Shown: positions 22,042-35,772 of the stretch, piece by piece | Position numbering within the stretch: position 1 is the stretch's first letter | Layout: every line of letters begins with the position of its first letter | Assembly (NCBI GenBank): GCA_964234715.1 | Contig: OZ174280.1 | Length of the DNA stretch: 64,000 bases | Strand: one strand, 5' to 3' | DNA from: Podarcis melisellensis | Taxonomy: Eukaryota | Program-made: the position numbers and the translations under genes | Notes under the pieces: model-generated | Seen by the model: the letters and a program-made list of their open reading frames with translations, nothing else | Databases searched by the model: none | Told to the model about the DNA's origin: nothing

Positions 22042-25000
22042 TGAGTCTGGGTTTTGCTCAGAGTAGACATTGAGTAAAACTAGCTATCACTCATTTCCTT
22101 AAACCATTCCATTCCTCACTGAGACCTTCTGACTTTGTATCACAGTGGCATTAGGGTGCAGGAAGGCAGGGTGAAATCCACTCTGCAAATGTGCAGTGCT
22201 GCTAAATATATCCTAATCCCCACCATGTTTTAACAATGCCTCATCTTTGGTCAGTTCCGGCTCTTTGGGTGGATGAACCAGATATGCTTAGATTAACTTT
22301 CTGAACCTTTATCCCACTATCTTGAGATGCAAAGGTTCCCAAAATTGATTGAGGTAGTGGCCAAGGGAAAAGAGCAACAACTTATCCAAGTGGAAAGGGA
22401 AGCCTATCCAATAGTGCAGACCTCACCAGCCTGGTGCCTTCCAGATGTTTTGGACTACAAATCCCATTGGCTGGAGGGCACCAGATTGGCAAAGCTGCTT
22501 TAGGGACATGTGATCCCTCAGAGCCATCCCAGGTTGCCTTTCCTCCAAGAACCACATGCCACATCCTGCTGCTGCTCTCCCTTCCTCTTGATGTCAGCAA
22601 AGCCATCTCCATGGTAACCATTTATGAAGTCACCATGCACTGAGCTGACCATCTGGTGACAACAATGAGCAACAGAAAAGAGGGGAAGTTAAGATGGCAC
22701 CACAAATGTCTTCTATTTTCTCCAACTTGGGCTCCCTCATAGGGGCACCAAGAACTTGATTCTCAGTCTCCCCTTTTGGACTCAGTCTGACCTGCCTTGT
22801 TCTTTAGGGACGCTCTTGTTGTCTTTACTGCTTTTGATAGAATGCTAAGCCTCCCCACCTCCCCAACTATGGCTTCGAGCACCCCAGCTGTTTCCTGAGC
22901 ATCAACTGTCCAAGGAGCCCAATGAGGCGTGAATGAGACAGCAGAACATGGCAGGGAAGTGCAGAGAAGGGGGAGGGAGAGACCAGATGGGGTCTGGGGG
23001 GCTGCCATTGCTACACATGGACAAGGCATGGTCCAGTGATAAGCTGCCACACGTGGGGGCAGTCGGCATGCAATACTAGCTTAGAACCAGTAAGTCCCAC
23101 TCTGCAAAACCTACTTGCCACCACAGCTGCAAAAGGCAAATTGAGGGTCATGCCAGCAACAGAGTCTGATTCAGCCAGAAGGTGGAGCTAGACAGGATAG
23201 GCAGGATAGGAATCCTATGTCAGATATAAAAGCAAAGGGCAAAGGAGACACATTCATTCTTGTTAGTTACATTCATTCTAATGCAAAGAAGGAAAAATAC
23301 AGTTGGCAGAATGATAATGCTTTCCGTGCAGATACAAATGTCTTACATTTCAGGAAATCAGACACCAGACTGCAGGGTGAAACTGTGGTCTTGGGGATGG
23401 CTTATTTTTAATGGGAGATACTTATGACCAGCACACAGAAGGAACATGCTCAAACATCTCAAACTAGAACAACCGTGTTCTGCAAGGGCTACATAAATCC
23501 TGGATGGGTCAGTCTCAGAAAACCCAGCCTGGCTAAAAAATCTTGAGCTGAATGGAAGCTTAGTCATTCTTCTAAATTGGAAATATGTACAAAGACTTTA
23601 TTCTACCTTAAACCATTTACAACAACAAACAAAGCAAGAAAGAGAGCGTCTTTCCATTTAAAACCACCACACAAGCATTTGTGCCATATCACAGAAGAGC
23701 TTCACACTGGGTTTGGGGTTCCATCTTTGAGTCCCTTTGCTGTCACTTCTCATATTTTCCTTGGAAATAAATCCAGCACAGGAATCATGGTGTACAAGTC
23801 CATGTCACCTACTATCACTGCTTAGGACAATGGTGTTCTTTGCTAGTCTCTGTGGTCCAATAATCTCCTTAAAGTCACATCATGTACTGTGTCAATCTAC
23901 ATCGCAATAACTGTGTTACAGGGCCACATACCTGTCTCTGGACATCTTTGGGGTGTTGGTGGGTGCTGCAGTGGCCTATTACAGGTTCAATGGGGTGTGC
24001 TCAGGTGTATTATCTGCCGATGAACATGTATAAAGACTAAATGAATGTACACTGAAACTCTCCACAAAAGATTCTTTCAGTTGCAGACTTAGCTCAATTG
24101 TTTAGAACGATTCCCCTGTGTACACACACACACACACACGGCTTGCACCTTTTGGTTTCCATGCATTCACAACAGCACACACACCCACTTCATACAAAGG
24201 GATTTGCACATCTCTTCTCCTGATCCCCACTGGTATATCACCTTGAAGCAGGTCAGAGTTTCTGGCATGCCCTTCTTACTCCCAGTTTCTCAGTTGTGTA
24301 CACGACAAGGATGCGTACACCCTACAGGAACCCAGGAAGAGTGGGAGCAAGCTTTGGAAGTGTTTTAAATTCCTAGGCACATATTTATTCTCAGGCTCAG
24401 CATATGAAGGATGAGAACAGGTCCTGACCAAAGGCTCCTACGGACAAGTAGATTTCCAGATGAGAACAGGAAGGGAATAAATCTGGCCACAGCCTTAGTT
24501 GCATCTGTACTGGATAAATGTAATGCATACACAGAGCTACCTGGAAACATCTGCTGGTAGTTCAAAATGCAGGAGCTAGACTTAACGGGTGCTGGTTTAT
24601 TCGGGACATGCAACTCCTCTTTTGTACAAAGTACACTGGGTACTAGTTTGCTTCCAGGCACAATCCAAGGGTTGTTTATTGCCTTTAAAGCCATTGATGG
24701 TTTGGAGCTTACACAGCAATCCAAACCCCTCTTGGGCCTGGCTATGGCGGGGTTGGATAGAGTGGAGCTACCTTTCAACTCAGCACTGATGCCTGAGCTC
24801 GGCCTTCCACTGGAGTAACTGCCCACTGGCAGTTTCTGCACCAGCAGCAGCCAGTTGAAATCCCCAGAACCTGGGTGTTCCAAGTGCAGGGAGGTAGTAG
24901 AGCAGCGCTGGCCCAGAATCTGCTGGATCTTGAGCTGGTCTTGCTGCCACCACCTGATGGCATCAGGCTCAATCCTCCTCCATGCCCCCCCCATCCATAT

Positions 25001-25099
25001 GTGTGCCGCCACCACTGCGAGCAGCTGGGCTGCAGATGCTGCTGCGGCTCTGCTGCTTTGCACAGCCCTGCCAGAGGGGTGGGGAGTTGGGCTGCACTC

Positions 25100-25345
25100 A
25101 TAGATACCTAAAGGACTGCCTCCTCCCATAAGAACCCACCCAGCTTCTATGCTCAGTGGGAGATCCTGTTCCTCATGGCCTCTCATCTTCAGAAGTACAG
25201 CAGGTGGAAACAAAAGAAAGGGCCTTTTCTGCCATGGCACCCACAATGTGGATTGCTGTTCCCTAGGATATTTCACTCACCCTCTTTTTATTTTTCACTC
25301 TTTTAGATACTTTTCTTGTTCTAGGAAGCCTTCACCATGCTTATT
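25100..25345 (+). mobile_element. L2 LINE ORF2 C-terminal fragment
   Basis: Translates as YLKDCLLP*EPTQLLCS...EVQQVETKERAFSAMAPTMW, the L2 RAFSxxAPxLWNxLP region. Confidence 0.75.
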
Positions 25346-26549
25346 ATGAGATTTTGTTTTGCTTACCCCACCCCACCCCAGAAATTGTTTCTGTAATTTT
25401 ACACATTTTTAAAATGTATATGTTTTATATTTTTAATATATTAGCCATCACGTGTTTCATGAAAAAGTAAAGATAGGTACGAATCTTAAAACAAATAAAA
25501 TAAAAATTGGTCACACAACTGAGTAAAAGAATCTAAACAGATGGGCATATAACTTCAGTTGACATTTTGCTACGGCCAGGCTTCCAATGAATTACTCAGA
25601 ATGCAGGTGAATGCTGTGAACTGAAAATCTGGCCATAACTTCACCCATCCTCTTAAAAAGGGACAGTAAAGGCTCCTACCATTTCTGTTGTACAGTGTGA
25701 ATGGGGGAGCGGTGGTAATAACTTCCGAGACTATAGCTGCAAACGAGTACTATATATTCCATTACAGACAGATGGAGTATCGGTACATTCCTCACTGTGT
25801 ATGTGTGGGGCGATAATTTCACCTTTAACACTGAGGGGGACAGTAGAGTGGCATGCCATTTCTATTATAAAATAATCTCGTCACCTCACCCTCTACCTCC
25901 CAGGAAGCAGCAACAATGCAACTGAGGTGAGGTGAGCCCCACTACCCGTCATGCATATATCTCATTCTCTAACAATTTTCTATATCTCATATCTCTATAT
26001 CTCATTCTCTAACATCCAGTCGGTGTTACCACTTCGTGGATGTGAAACCAACTGAAATAAGTGAATGAACTTATGCAACAGCTTTTCTGAATGTACGGGA
26101 ACTCCCACAACAGCAGCTGACAACAGGTCTTGGGACACTTCCTTTCAACAAAAAGAAGAGTTTCCCATTTCTCATGTAGCTTTAGTAAAGCAGCCAGCAA
26201 TGCTCTGCAAGATCAAAACTTAAAACCCAAACGTATCCCAACCTGTGAATCGCAGCCTTCCTGAACCACTGTGAAAGTCAGACCAGAAGACGCTCAAACA
26301 TTCAACCCACGCCCAACACAGCAACATAGAATTCAATGGTAAGCAGCAAATACAAATCAGTCAACAAGTTTGGCTGCTATGGAATCTTTTGTCTGTGTAA
26401 CCTCTTGTGGACAAAGGATTAGAAGATTAGAAACCTTTGTTCAATTTCAGTTCAGTGATGTTTCATTGCCATTACAATATACAAAACTTTTGGCAAAGTG
26501 TATTAGAAGGACTTGCTCTCTGAAGTGTTCGTCAGAAAGTACAAGTTAC

Positions 26550-26637
26550 AGAGCAATCCTATGCATATTTACTCAGAAGTAAGTTCTACTCAGTTCAGTG
26601 GGGCTTAGTCCTAGGGAGGTATAGGATGTCAGCCTTA
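26550..26637. mobile_element. Short palindromic MITE; related copies near 28805-28872, 52205-52277, 62775-62863, 62915-63005
   Basis: gcaatcctatgcatatttactcagaagtaagt...ttcagtggggctt...ataggat..cagcc. Confidence 0.65.
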
Positions 26638-28952
26638 ATGTACAATTAGCTTACAGAAACCATTTTCACAAGATATGATTGTAGATGTTTTTTTAAAAAA
26701 CAAAATCCAAGAGCTGGAAAAATTCATTGGGAATAGGAGCTATACAGTGCCTTTTAGAAAAATAACTAAAAATAGAGGCCCCCATGTTTAGAGGCAGCAA
26801 GCTTCCAATTATCAGATGCTGGTGGCATAGAACAGGGGATGGCTATAGTTGCCTGTGGCTGTTTTATGTAAACTGTACTTAACCACTGGTTCTTTATTGG
26901 AAAACTCCCACTAAGAAATAGCCCTATTAAAGCAACAATCCAAAGAACTACAGTACGTTTGTATATCCAGTTAGTTTTAGAAGATTTAGTCCCATTGATT
27001 TAAATGGGTCTATTCTAAACAGGACTGAGCCTGGACCCAATCCTACACTGTTGACAATATATGGAACATCTTAGGAGGATTAAATATGCTGATTCGAAAT
27101 TGTATATATGGAGATTAGATAACGCACATATGTGCAACTATATTCAGTCAAGCTTCTTAGAAGGTGAGTTAGAAGGGAGCATAGCCCAAAGGTGAAACCT
27201 TTTATTAGACCAACTTTTGTGCGGTAAAGAAACATGCAACCACTGGAAATAATACAACACTCTTCTCAGGCAGATAAAGGTTTTAGCATGATTTGAAGGG
27301 CAGCTTGCTAAACCAATAGAAACAGATCTAATTACCTTATTTATTTTTACATGTTTTAACTTCTCTGGGAGAAACCTGGCAGTGGAAGTTTATGCCAAAA
27401 GAAGCCAAGACAGATCTAGATATCTTAAAACATATTCCACTCATATATCAGACCATTAGAAAGAAACCGTGATCAGCTTGAAGTTGTTCAATATGCCCAG
27501 CGTGCTTTCCCCCCTTAATCCCAAATAATTATTTTGCTGTAATCAGGAAGGAAAGCTTCCCTTTTTTTCTGTTCCAGGTCTCCCATGTGAGGAAAAGTGT
27601 GAAAGTGGTATCTTTAAGCTACCAGTGTTTTCAGACAACTTCAAAATTTGAAGTTCAAAGAAGAAGAATGTGTGCGTTCAATGCTGGGGTGTGTGTTCTA
27701 TCCTGGGGGATGGAGAGACCAAGATTAATGGAAACTACTATTCCAGTGCAGTCCATTTATTATCCAAATCAATGTAACCGCAGGGATAGGAGGATATGTA
27801 TTTGCTTATAAAAAGCATGTCAAAGGAAGGAGAGGCACCAAGGATGCTGGCTTTCTGCACTTAAATACACCTTGAGCATGCAACATCAGAAAATGCAGGC
27901 ATCCCCTCTTTCATTTCCCCCAAAAGGAAGATGTCTATGACAAAGGTGTCTCTCACTAAATGTAAATGAACTGTGAAAAAGACTACAAATTGCAATTGGA
28001 GACAATAGCTGTACCTGTCCCTCTTTGTCTGTTTGTTTTGTAACACAAAAAACCTTTTACAAAAACTAATTAGAAATTAAGAAAGAAAGAAAACTCAGAC
28101 ATAGTGGTACTGGAACATCTGGTTCTTCAGCACTGGCAAATAATCCATTCTCTACCATCACCATCAAACAGAGGTGAAACAGAACTGAGACGAGAGCATG
28201 GTTAGAATCAATAATTGTGCACTGAAATCACCACATTCTGCAAGCAACATGCCACAGTTTCTCAATTAAAATAAAGTTTGCATAAACCTATGTGAACAGA
28301 GTCCATACTTGGCTGGAAAATATTTTTTAAGTTTTTTGCAAAACTAGGATTTTTATCTTAAATTATTTATAGTAAAGAAGTGTTGGGATTCAGACAAGAG
28401 TGAAGAGGAAAAGAGAATATATGCAGGAGTTTGGTGTGGGGTGTAGCTGTAAGGAGTATGATAAGTTAGGCTTATTATTGTTTTGACCTTTGGAATCCTT
28501 AAACATGAATGTTCTGTATTCTGTGCTTTTTAAAATATGGACCATGTGTTTTCAATTTTTTCTCTGCAATCATGCAAGCTGAAAAGCCATTACTAAGAAG
28601 TAATACCACCAGCATGGCAGCAGGTAACTATCAGAAGAAAACCTGCCAGTAAGAAAAGAAAAAATAAATTCTAACAAAGTTTCTAATATTTAAAAGTCAA
28701 GATGTATGGAAATCCCTGTATATTTCAAACCATAATCTCTTTATTATTAGCAATTCAAATATGGTGGCCATCTTCCCTGAACACCATTTTAAAAAATAAC
28801 AACAGTGCAATCATATGCAAAAGTAAATCCAATTATGTTCAGTGGAGCTTATTTTCCAGTAAGTGTGCTTAGGTCACGTTCTTAAGCAAGCTAGGATTCT
28901 TGGGATTTTAGCTATTGTGTTCCATGTTAAATGTTTATTCTTTGTTCTATGG

Positions 28953-29088
28953 CAGGCATGACCAAATGTGGCCCTCCAGATGTTTTGGGACTACAATCCC
29001 CAGCATTCCTGACCACTGGTCCTGTTAGCTAGGGATGATGGGAATTGTAGTCCCAAAACATCTGGAGGGCCAAGTTTGGCCATGCCTG
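28953..29088. mobile_element. Palindromic hAT-type MITE (young)
   Basis: Long near-perfect inverted arms caggcatg..ggccctccagatgttttgggactacaat / attgtagtcccaaaacatctggagggcc..catgcctg. TCTATGG is duplicated on both flanks. Confidence 0.9.
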
Positions 29089-32000
29089 TCTATGGCATGA
29101 CAACAGCCAAGCATATTTGCAGAACTCCCAAGGACTAGAATGCCAGCGTGATAAAGGTACATTGGTGGGACACTACAGATAGATAAGAGGTAACTCGGAG
29201 TCTAGGCAATCTTATGGCACATCACATATAATGCTTCAAGCAACTCTCTCTAAATTTCCACTCAGTTGATGCAGATCAGGGGGACAGAGAGAACCCACAA
29301 ATATTCTATCAAGCAGAGCATCCCTTAGAAGCCCATTGAAAAGAGTGGTGTAAGGTGTGTCAGGTCATGCTGGAAATATGTGTGTCAGGTCATGCTGGAG
29401 GGGTTGAGGGACTGGAGTGACAGAAGCCTTTGCCTGAGCAGACAGACAACTTGATGCAGTTGAGCCTCATCTACCCTTGATTACACTGTGAATATCAGCA
29501 ACAGGGCTGGCGTGCCAGGTACATATAACACCTCAGGATACGATAGGTGCATTTCGAAAAGATGGGACCGGGTCCTATCTAGCTGCCTCATTCACAGGTG
29601 GCAGCTCTTGTCTCTGTCATGGGTGTGGGGGGAGAACATGGGGCAAGGAAGTGGGTAAGGAGGGAAAGAAAGAGGCCTGTGCCAGACACATACATCCTCA
29701 GGCGACTTTCTCAGGCCCCGCTGACAGCCCGGCCTCAATTCTCCAGGGCTGCTCAGGCAGAAAATCCTCACCAACCCCCCTCCTTCTGCTCCCCCCCTTA
29801 TTATTCCAGCCAGAGGAGCTTCCGCAGCCTAGTAAAGGCTCAGCACCCACAGCGGGGGTGGTTTGGCCAGAGGCCGGCAGGCATGAGCCAGGCTTAAATC
29901 TCTTGAAACCCAGAAGTAAAATTCCCTCATTAGGCTTGAACCCCGCAGCTAAGTGGAAGACAACCGCCCGGGTCATCACTGCAGTATATGCCACGGACGC
30001 CCCTGCCCTCTTTACCCGCCCCGTCTGCCTAAAAATCCCCCAGCAGATGCTGCAAGCCCCCGGGCAGCCAGGGAATCTGCCCAAGAGTCAGGAGGCGCTG
30101 GCAGGGGTTGCTGTGCAAACAAAGGCAATGGCAAAACCAAGGACAAAACATAATGTCCTTAAAAAACGAGCAAGTGAGAGAGTGTCTGGCACTGACTTCT
30201 GCTGGGGGGTTGGGAAATGCCACCCCCTCAATGGGAGAAAACACACACACACACCCATCAGGCAGTGTCAGGGCAGCAAATGGGATTTGTGAATGGACCC
30301 CCGTTCCAGTGAAAAAGGCAGCTACCTCAAGAGCTCAGCATCCCCTCTCTCACTCTACTTAGTACCCTCTCCAGGATTCACTGTGTCTCCTGACATCTCC
30401 CTGGAAATCAGAGTTCCCAGCTGAATTAAAGGTACTGCAGTCCACTACACACTATCGCAGATCCCCCTTTACTGCCACACTAGCCATCCCCCTTTACTAT
30501 CTGGGCCCCAATCCCACTGCAGGCAGCCTGGAGGGATGCTGTAGCTGGCTGGAGCCCAGGTCTTGTCCATCCGGACTCAGGAAGCTGCAGGACAGAGCTG
30601 TTTTTCTCAGGTCCAAGTCCTGCCCACATCCTGGTGTTTGCAAGCTGTACTATGATGGCCCCATTTACAGAACTTGTGGAGGGGGAGCAGGATCTAAGTG
30701 ATCTAAAAATGTCCTGCTGGCACATTTGCCCTCACCCCTGCATTGGACTCCCAAAATGTTGATACTGCCTTTCCCTGAGGCACTTGAAAGCATTTCCCAG
30801 CCTGCAGCAACCCCTCTGAGGTAGGAATGCCATACAGCATCAGGATTCCCACCCTAAACCCCCTTGATCAGAAAGAACCGAAACAAAATTCTCCAGAAGT
30901 TGGCTCCACAGCACAGCACTGAGAGGTAGAGTTAACACCTGACACATAACCGTTCCCTGTCTTACCATCTCTGCCTCTTTTCTGTAATTGCTGGGTGCTT
31001 CCACACAGCCTGCTCACTGAATATTCATCCTGATGCTTGTAGGGCGATCAGACAACATTGGTTATTTAATGAGTGCTCTTTCTGATTTATTTTCTTTGCA
31101 TTTTCTCATATTTCCTTATCCAAAAAAAGTCCAATCTTTCTAGGGAGTGTGGAAACTATAAGTCACAAAGCAATGGGTACTTTTTAAGTTTAGAAAGAAA
31201 GAAAGAAGGAAAGAAAGAAGGAAAGAAAAGAAAATAGAATGAGGCTACAATCCTGTTCCTCATTTTTTCTTACACATTGTATAGAACTCTGGGTTTGAGG
31301 CAAGCACTGCTGCCATCCCCAGAAAGTAAAAACAAGGCCAGTCCAGGACTAAGAGTCACATACTCAGAAGGGCTGGAGTCAGAGTGCCAACACCAAGTAA
31401 ATTTGAGGAGAAACATCCACACCAGTTTTGGGGAGCATTATATACACATACAGAACTATGAACACACAGTTCTTCAATGGCTGAACAGACCTAGATGCTT
31501 CTCAGTGGCCTGTCTTCCTCCTCCTCCCTGTTTTAAAATGAATGGTTCCTTCTTTCACCTTGTCCTAGAGCATTAGAAGCAGGAAATACACTGTCCCATT
31601 GACAGAAATATTATGTACCCACAGATTTCCTAGTAGCTGACTGAACTGGGCAGAGGCCAGATGGAGAAACCCCATTGCACCACAGATACCTGTAAACCTG
31701 GCTCTTGAAACACTGATCAATTCCACAAAATAGATGCTAGCACTATGGGTGAATGACATCGTTGGCTCATGCAATCATCTCACTTGTGGCTTTGTGCCCA
31801 GCTTGCTCCATCTCCCCAATCGGCTGAAAAACTGTAATTTTCCACAACGTCAGACTGATCCACACGATGTCACTTTGGGTAAGAGGTAAATAGACCAAAG
31901 TTGGCACCTCTGGGCATACCTGGGCATTTGATCCGTCCAAACATCAGAACCCCAGGCACTGCTGGCTGATGTTGGCGGCAAAGAGTGCCAAATGAATGGA

Positions 32001-34447
32001 AAGGGCCATCCAAGGCTAATTACCACTAGCACTTCTGGATCTCACTGTGTGTCAACAACACTTCCCAGTCTCTACTGCCTTTATGTTAATCCACAGCCAA
32101 TATAGAGCAAAGGGACTGGGCAGCTGCATAGGTGGCATTTTGCAAAGATTCAGTCCAAAAGAGCCCCAGTTATTGATAGAGCCAATTTCATGACACACGT
32201 AAACATGCAACAAGATGGGGAACAAGACTTGGCTACTATGGCTCCAGAAAGAAGCAAGTGGCCCAAAACTATTCCCCCACCCACAACTGCATAATTGTCT
32301 TGCTCTGCACTACCTATCAGAAATAGGCATTGTGACAATAGTTGAATGCTGTGCAATAAGAAAGTTATGTTTTGTGACAGACAATCCTTGAAAAAGCCAG
32401 GAAATATTCTCTTCTGAGGGCAAATCCTATGCAACCACAAGTCCGCCAATGCTCGTCAGATGAAAGAGAACTACCCAAGAGGACAAACTGGGGGGTGGAG
32501 AACGTGACACAAAGAGGTGAGAGAGGTGACCAACAGGGTTTTTATGTGCTATTGACACCACCACCCCTTGTTTGTCTCTTCTTGGAAATGCTTGTGGTTC
32601 CAAGACTGGGACATCCTGTGCCAAGGTCATGTTTATTTGGTATTTTGGGGAATGTGGACATTAGCAAATCAAGCCCCATCAAAAAGAAGTGCCAGAGAGA
32701 GCTGTCCCATTCTTTCCCTGGACCTCAAAGAGAAGCTGTAGGCTCTGAGATACTATTACTGTCTTGGGATAGGCGATTAGTGGGTGATGGGTTTATGCTG
32801 CTATTTCAATTATGTCTAGGCAGCTCAATGAGGGGATTAGCTTCTTCTCTGTGGCCAGAAAGCTCCGAGTGCCTGCTCCAGTGACCTAGAGACACTACAT
32901 GAACTGCATGAGAGCAAGCAGGAAACTTCAACGCCAGGTGACTGGGTGGGGTGAAATGCAGGGGCATTTCTGATTCACCTTCCCATCATAGAGTTGGAAG
33001 GGATCCCAAGGATCACCTACTAGTCCAACCCCTTCCCTTGTCCTAGTAGCCTCTGCAAACATCCTCTTTCCCATTTGACAACACTGACTCCCAGAATTGG
33101 TTAAAGATTGACTCGGAATATATGTCGTACTCCGAAGCTACGCTGGACTCTCCCCGCCGCACATCCTCTTTTCTCCACCCCAGGGCACAAAACAACATTG
33201 ACAAAGGACTCCAGAAACAAAAGTAGCAGCCAGAGCATTGAGCAACAGTATAAAAGTTTTGTCAAGGGAAGAAGGCAAGGATGTGCAAGTCATTATATAC
33301 CACTTCACACAAAGAGCACTGCAATATAGCAAAAGAGGAGCAGTGCTCTTAGTGCCTGTGCATGTGAAAGCATGTGCACACATTTGCAGACCTGCTGGGA
33401 TGCTTTCTAACACCAAGTGCTGAACCTGGGCAGCAAAGGGTATGTGCACAGTCCAAAATGTCCCGCAACCAGGCAAATATGGGAATCTGAGTAGTTTTTG
33501 CACATACCCTTTGCTGTCTAGGTTCAGCCAATCTGAACCGCACTTAGGCAGGTGGTTCACCCGTTTATCATCTCCTTTCATTTTGATTAATGCTGGCTGG
33601 CCTGGCTTGGTTTCTAATCAGCAGAATCACATTCAGTTGAATGGAGATGACCCAACGGGCACAGCCCTTTACACCTGTGTTTGTGTGCATGAAAATATGT
33701 CTGTGCATGCATTGATGTATTATTATTTATTACATGTGTATCTTGACATTCCTCCAAAAAGAGCCAGCAGGTCAGCGAGCAGAGCAGCAATAGCACAATT
33801 AAAACATCTAAAAACAATTCCAATACACATGCAGACATGTGGATTGAAAAAGCTATGGGAGGAAATAGTGTGTGGGGGTCACAGATCATACAGTGCTGTG
33901 CTGTATGCACAAATGCCAGGGTCTGAGTGCTCTGTGCTTGCAAAACAATGTTTTATGCAGGAAAAATATAAAGCAGCACATGAGAGGAAATGTGTAGAGG
34001 AATGCATGGACGTGCCTGTGAAATGCTGCAGTAGAGAAGACCTGCAATCTCTATAGATGGAATGCAAGGGGCTTTGGTGTCTGTGTGTTGCAGCTATCCA
34101 AACTCCCCTTCCCCCACATGTTCCAGGCCTGAAACTGGCACGGTGCCCCCTGGCTGGGGTGCAGGCTATTTCAGGCGTCTCCTGGGAGCCTCGCTCTCAG
34201 TAAATGTAGAAATCCAAAACACAAACAACACAGCGGTGTGGATGGGGGCTAACATTTCCCACTTGCTGAACTCTACATGTTTCCTTGGTAATGTCTGATG
34301 ACTTGCGGGGGGGGGGGGCTTTAAGGGAAGTAGCATCACTTCACCTATGAGAGAAGCGAAGAGCCTAGCTCTGGTAAAGGCACCTGCAGAAGGCACATCC
34401 TGCCTTCCACTTCCCAGGCTATTTGGGGGAAGAGGAAATGGACAGGT

Positions 34448-34555
34448 GCAGGAGGACTTCTCGGTAGTTGTGCCCGCCCTGTGGAATGCCCTCCCATCAC
34501 ATGTCAAAGAGATAAACAGTTATATGACTTTTCATAGATATCCGAGGGCAGCCAA
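34448..34555 (+). mobile_element. L2 LINE ORF2 terminal fragment
   Basis: Peptide FSVVVPALWNALPSHVKEINSYMTFHRY. Confidence 0.75.
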
Positions 34556-35146
34556 GTGTGCTTTCTTAGTGTGGGGAATTCCCAGACTCTACATCCACTG
34601 CCCTTCTGCTTAAGATTGTTGTGATTCATCTTGTTGTGATAACACCTTTTTATACCAATAGCTGTAAAATATAGGGCTGCGATTTCCTGCACTTGACACA
34701 TCTGAGGAACTGCCTGCAGGCTATATTATTTATGAAAACCTGGCTACACTGGAAAGCTTTACTGTATCTAATTCTGGCTTAAATGTGCTTTAGCAACTGA
34801 TAAATAATATAAATTGATACTGTGCTTTAATGATTTATACCGCCTATTCTGAAATGAATGTACTGTGTTATAACAGTACAGTATTAATGAAACAGACTCC
34901 TTTGTGGAGATTGCTGTATTATGATTTGAAACGAATTGGTACTGAGCTGTTTACGCTAATGCTGCTTTGCTGCGTTCTCATGTAGTGCATCGCTTTGGGC
35001 ACATTTGTGCAGAAAAGCAGCAAACAAATTAAGTAACAATTCATCACCCCCCCGCCAGACCACCGAGACCCATGGATCCCTCTCCCCTGCATTCCAAGGG
35101 GGCAGAATATGCCAACTCAAACCTGACGTATTCCCCGCAAACTCAC

Positions 35147-35176
35147 CAGCAACCCCTCACTGCATTTTTCTGCCAT
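35147..35176 (-). CDS. SLC6A9: SLC6A9 GlyT1a start exon, coding part
   Basis: accATGGCAGAAAAATGCAGTGAGGGGTTGCTG|gtgagt gives MAEKCSEGLL, 10 codons like mammalian MVGKGAKGML. Strong Kozak context, consensus donor, phase 0. Confidence 0.93.
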
Positions 35177-35292
35177 GGTTGGGGGCCGTGATGTGAGCGC
35201 CCAGCTGCCCACTGTCCGTCTTGATGGCTAGGCTTCCCAGGCTACACAGAGAGCTCAGACAGAAGCGCAAATTAGACCAAAGAGACAGGAAG
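35177..35292 (-). other. SLC6A9: 5' UTR part of the GlyT1a start exon (two candidate acceptors: exon start 35292 or 35241)
   Basis: Distal acceptor: ctctaac...ttttattctccacag| (AG at 35293-35294). Proximal acceptor: tctaat...ctctctgtgtag| (AG at 35242-35243). Confidence 0.7.
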
Positions 35293-35358
35293 CTGTGGAG
35301 AATAAAACGGGCTTTGGTTAGAGAAAATGAAACAAGAGAAGACTCCTGTCCTCTAAAT

Positions 35359-35772
35359 TAGGGGTGACAAAACTTTGGGGGGGGGGAGATTCAAGGGCCG
35401 CATTCACTCCTGGCCAGTCCTGCAGGGGCCACATACTAATGGTGGGTGTGGCCTAAAGTTATTGCAGTCACCTCACATTTACACACACACACAGAGCTCC
35501 CCTCTCCAGCAGATCAATGTGGAAGGAGGGGGTTATTGCTCATCTCTGCTCATCAAATGATTGATCTGATGATCACAGAATGAGAGATCTGCAACCCCAT
35601 CAGGGTGCTGAGCAGAGAGCTTGAACCCTCCCTGACCACTCAAGTTCTGTGTCTACTTTACTTCATCCACACCAGCACTACTTTTTTGCCACTGCCATCA
35701 AAATTAGGGGCGGGGGAGGTGGTTTGGGAAGGTGGCTGGATCAGGCCTCTGGGCCAGGGGTAGTTACCCCTG
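35359..35772. mobile_element. Non-autonomous hAT transposon
   Basis: TIRs taggggtgac / gttacccctg and a perfect 8-bp TSD CTCTAAAT (35351-35358, 35773-35780). Confidence 0.85.

Noticed and set aside
33111-33160. Six CpGs in 50 bp with a small hairpin
   Set aside because: Too short, with no ribozyme core or RNA-gene motif that I can identify.
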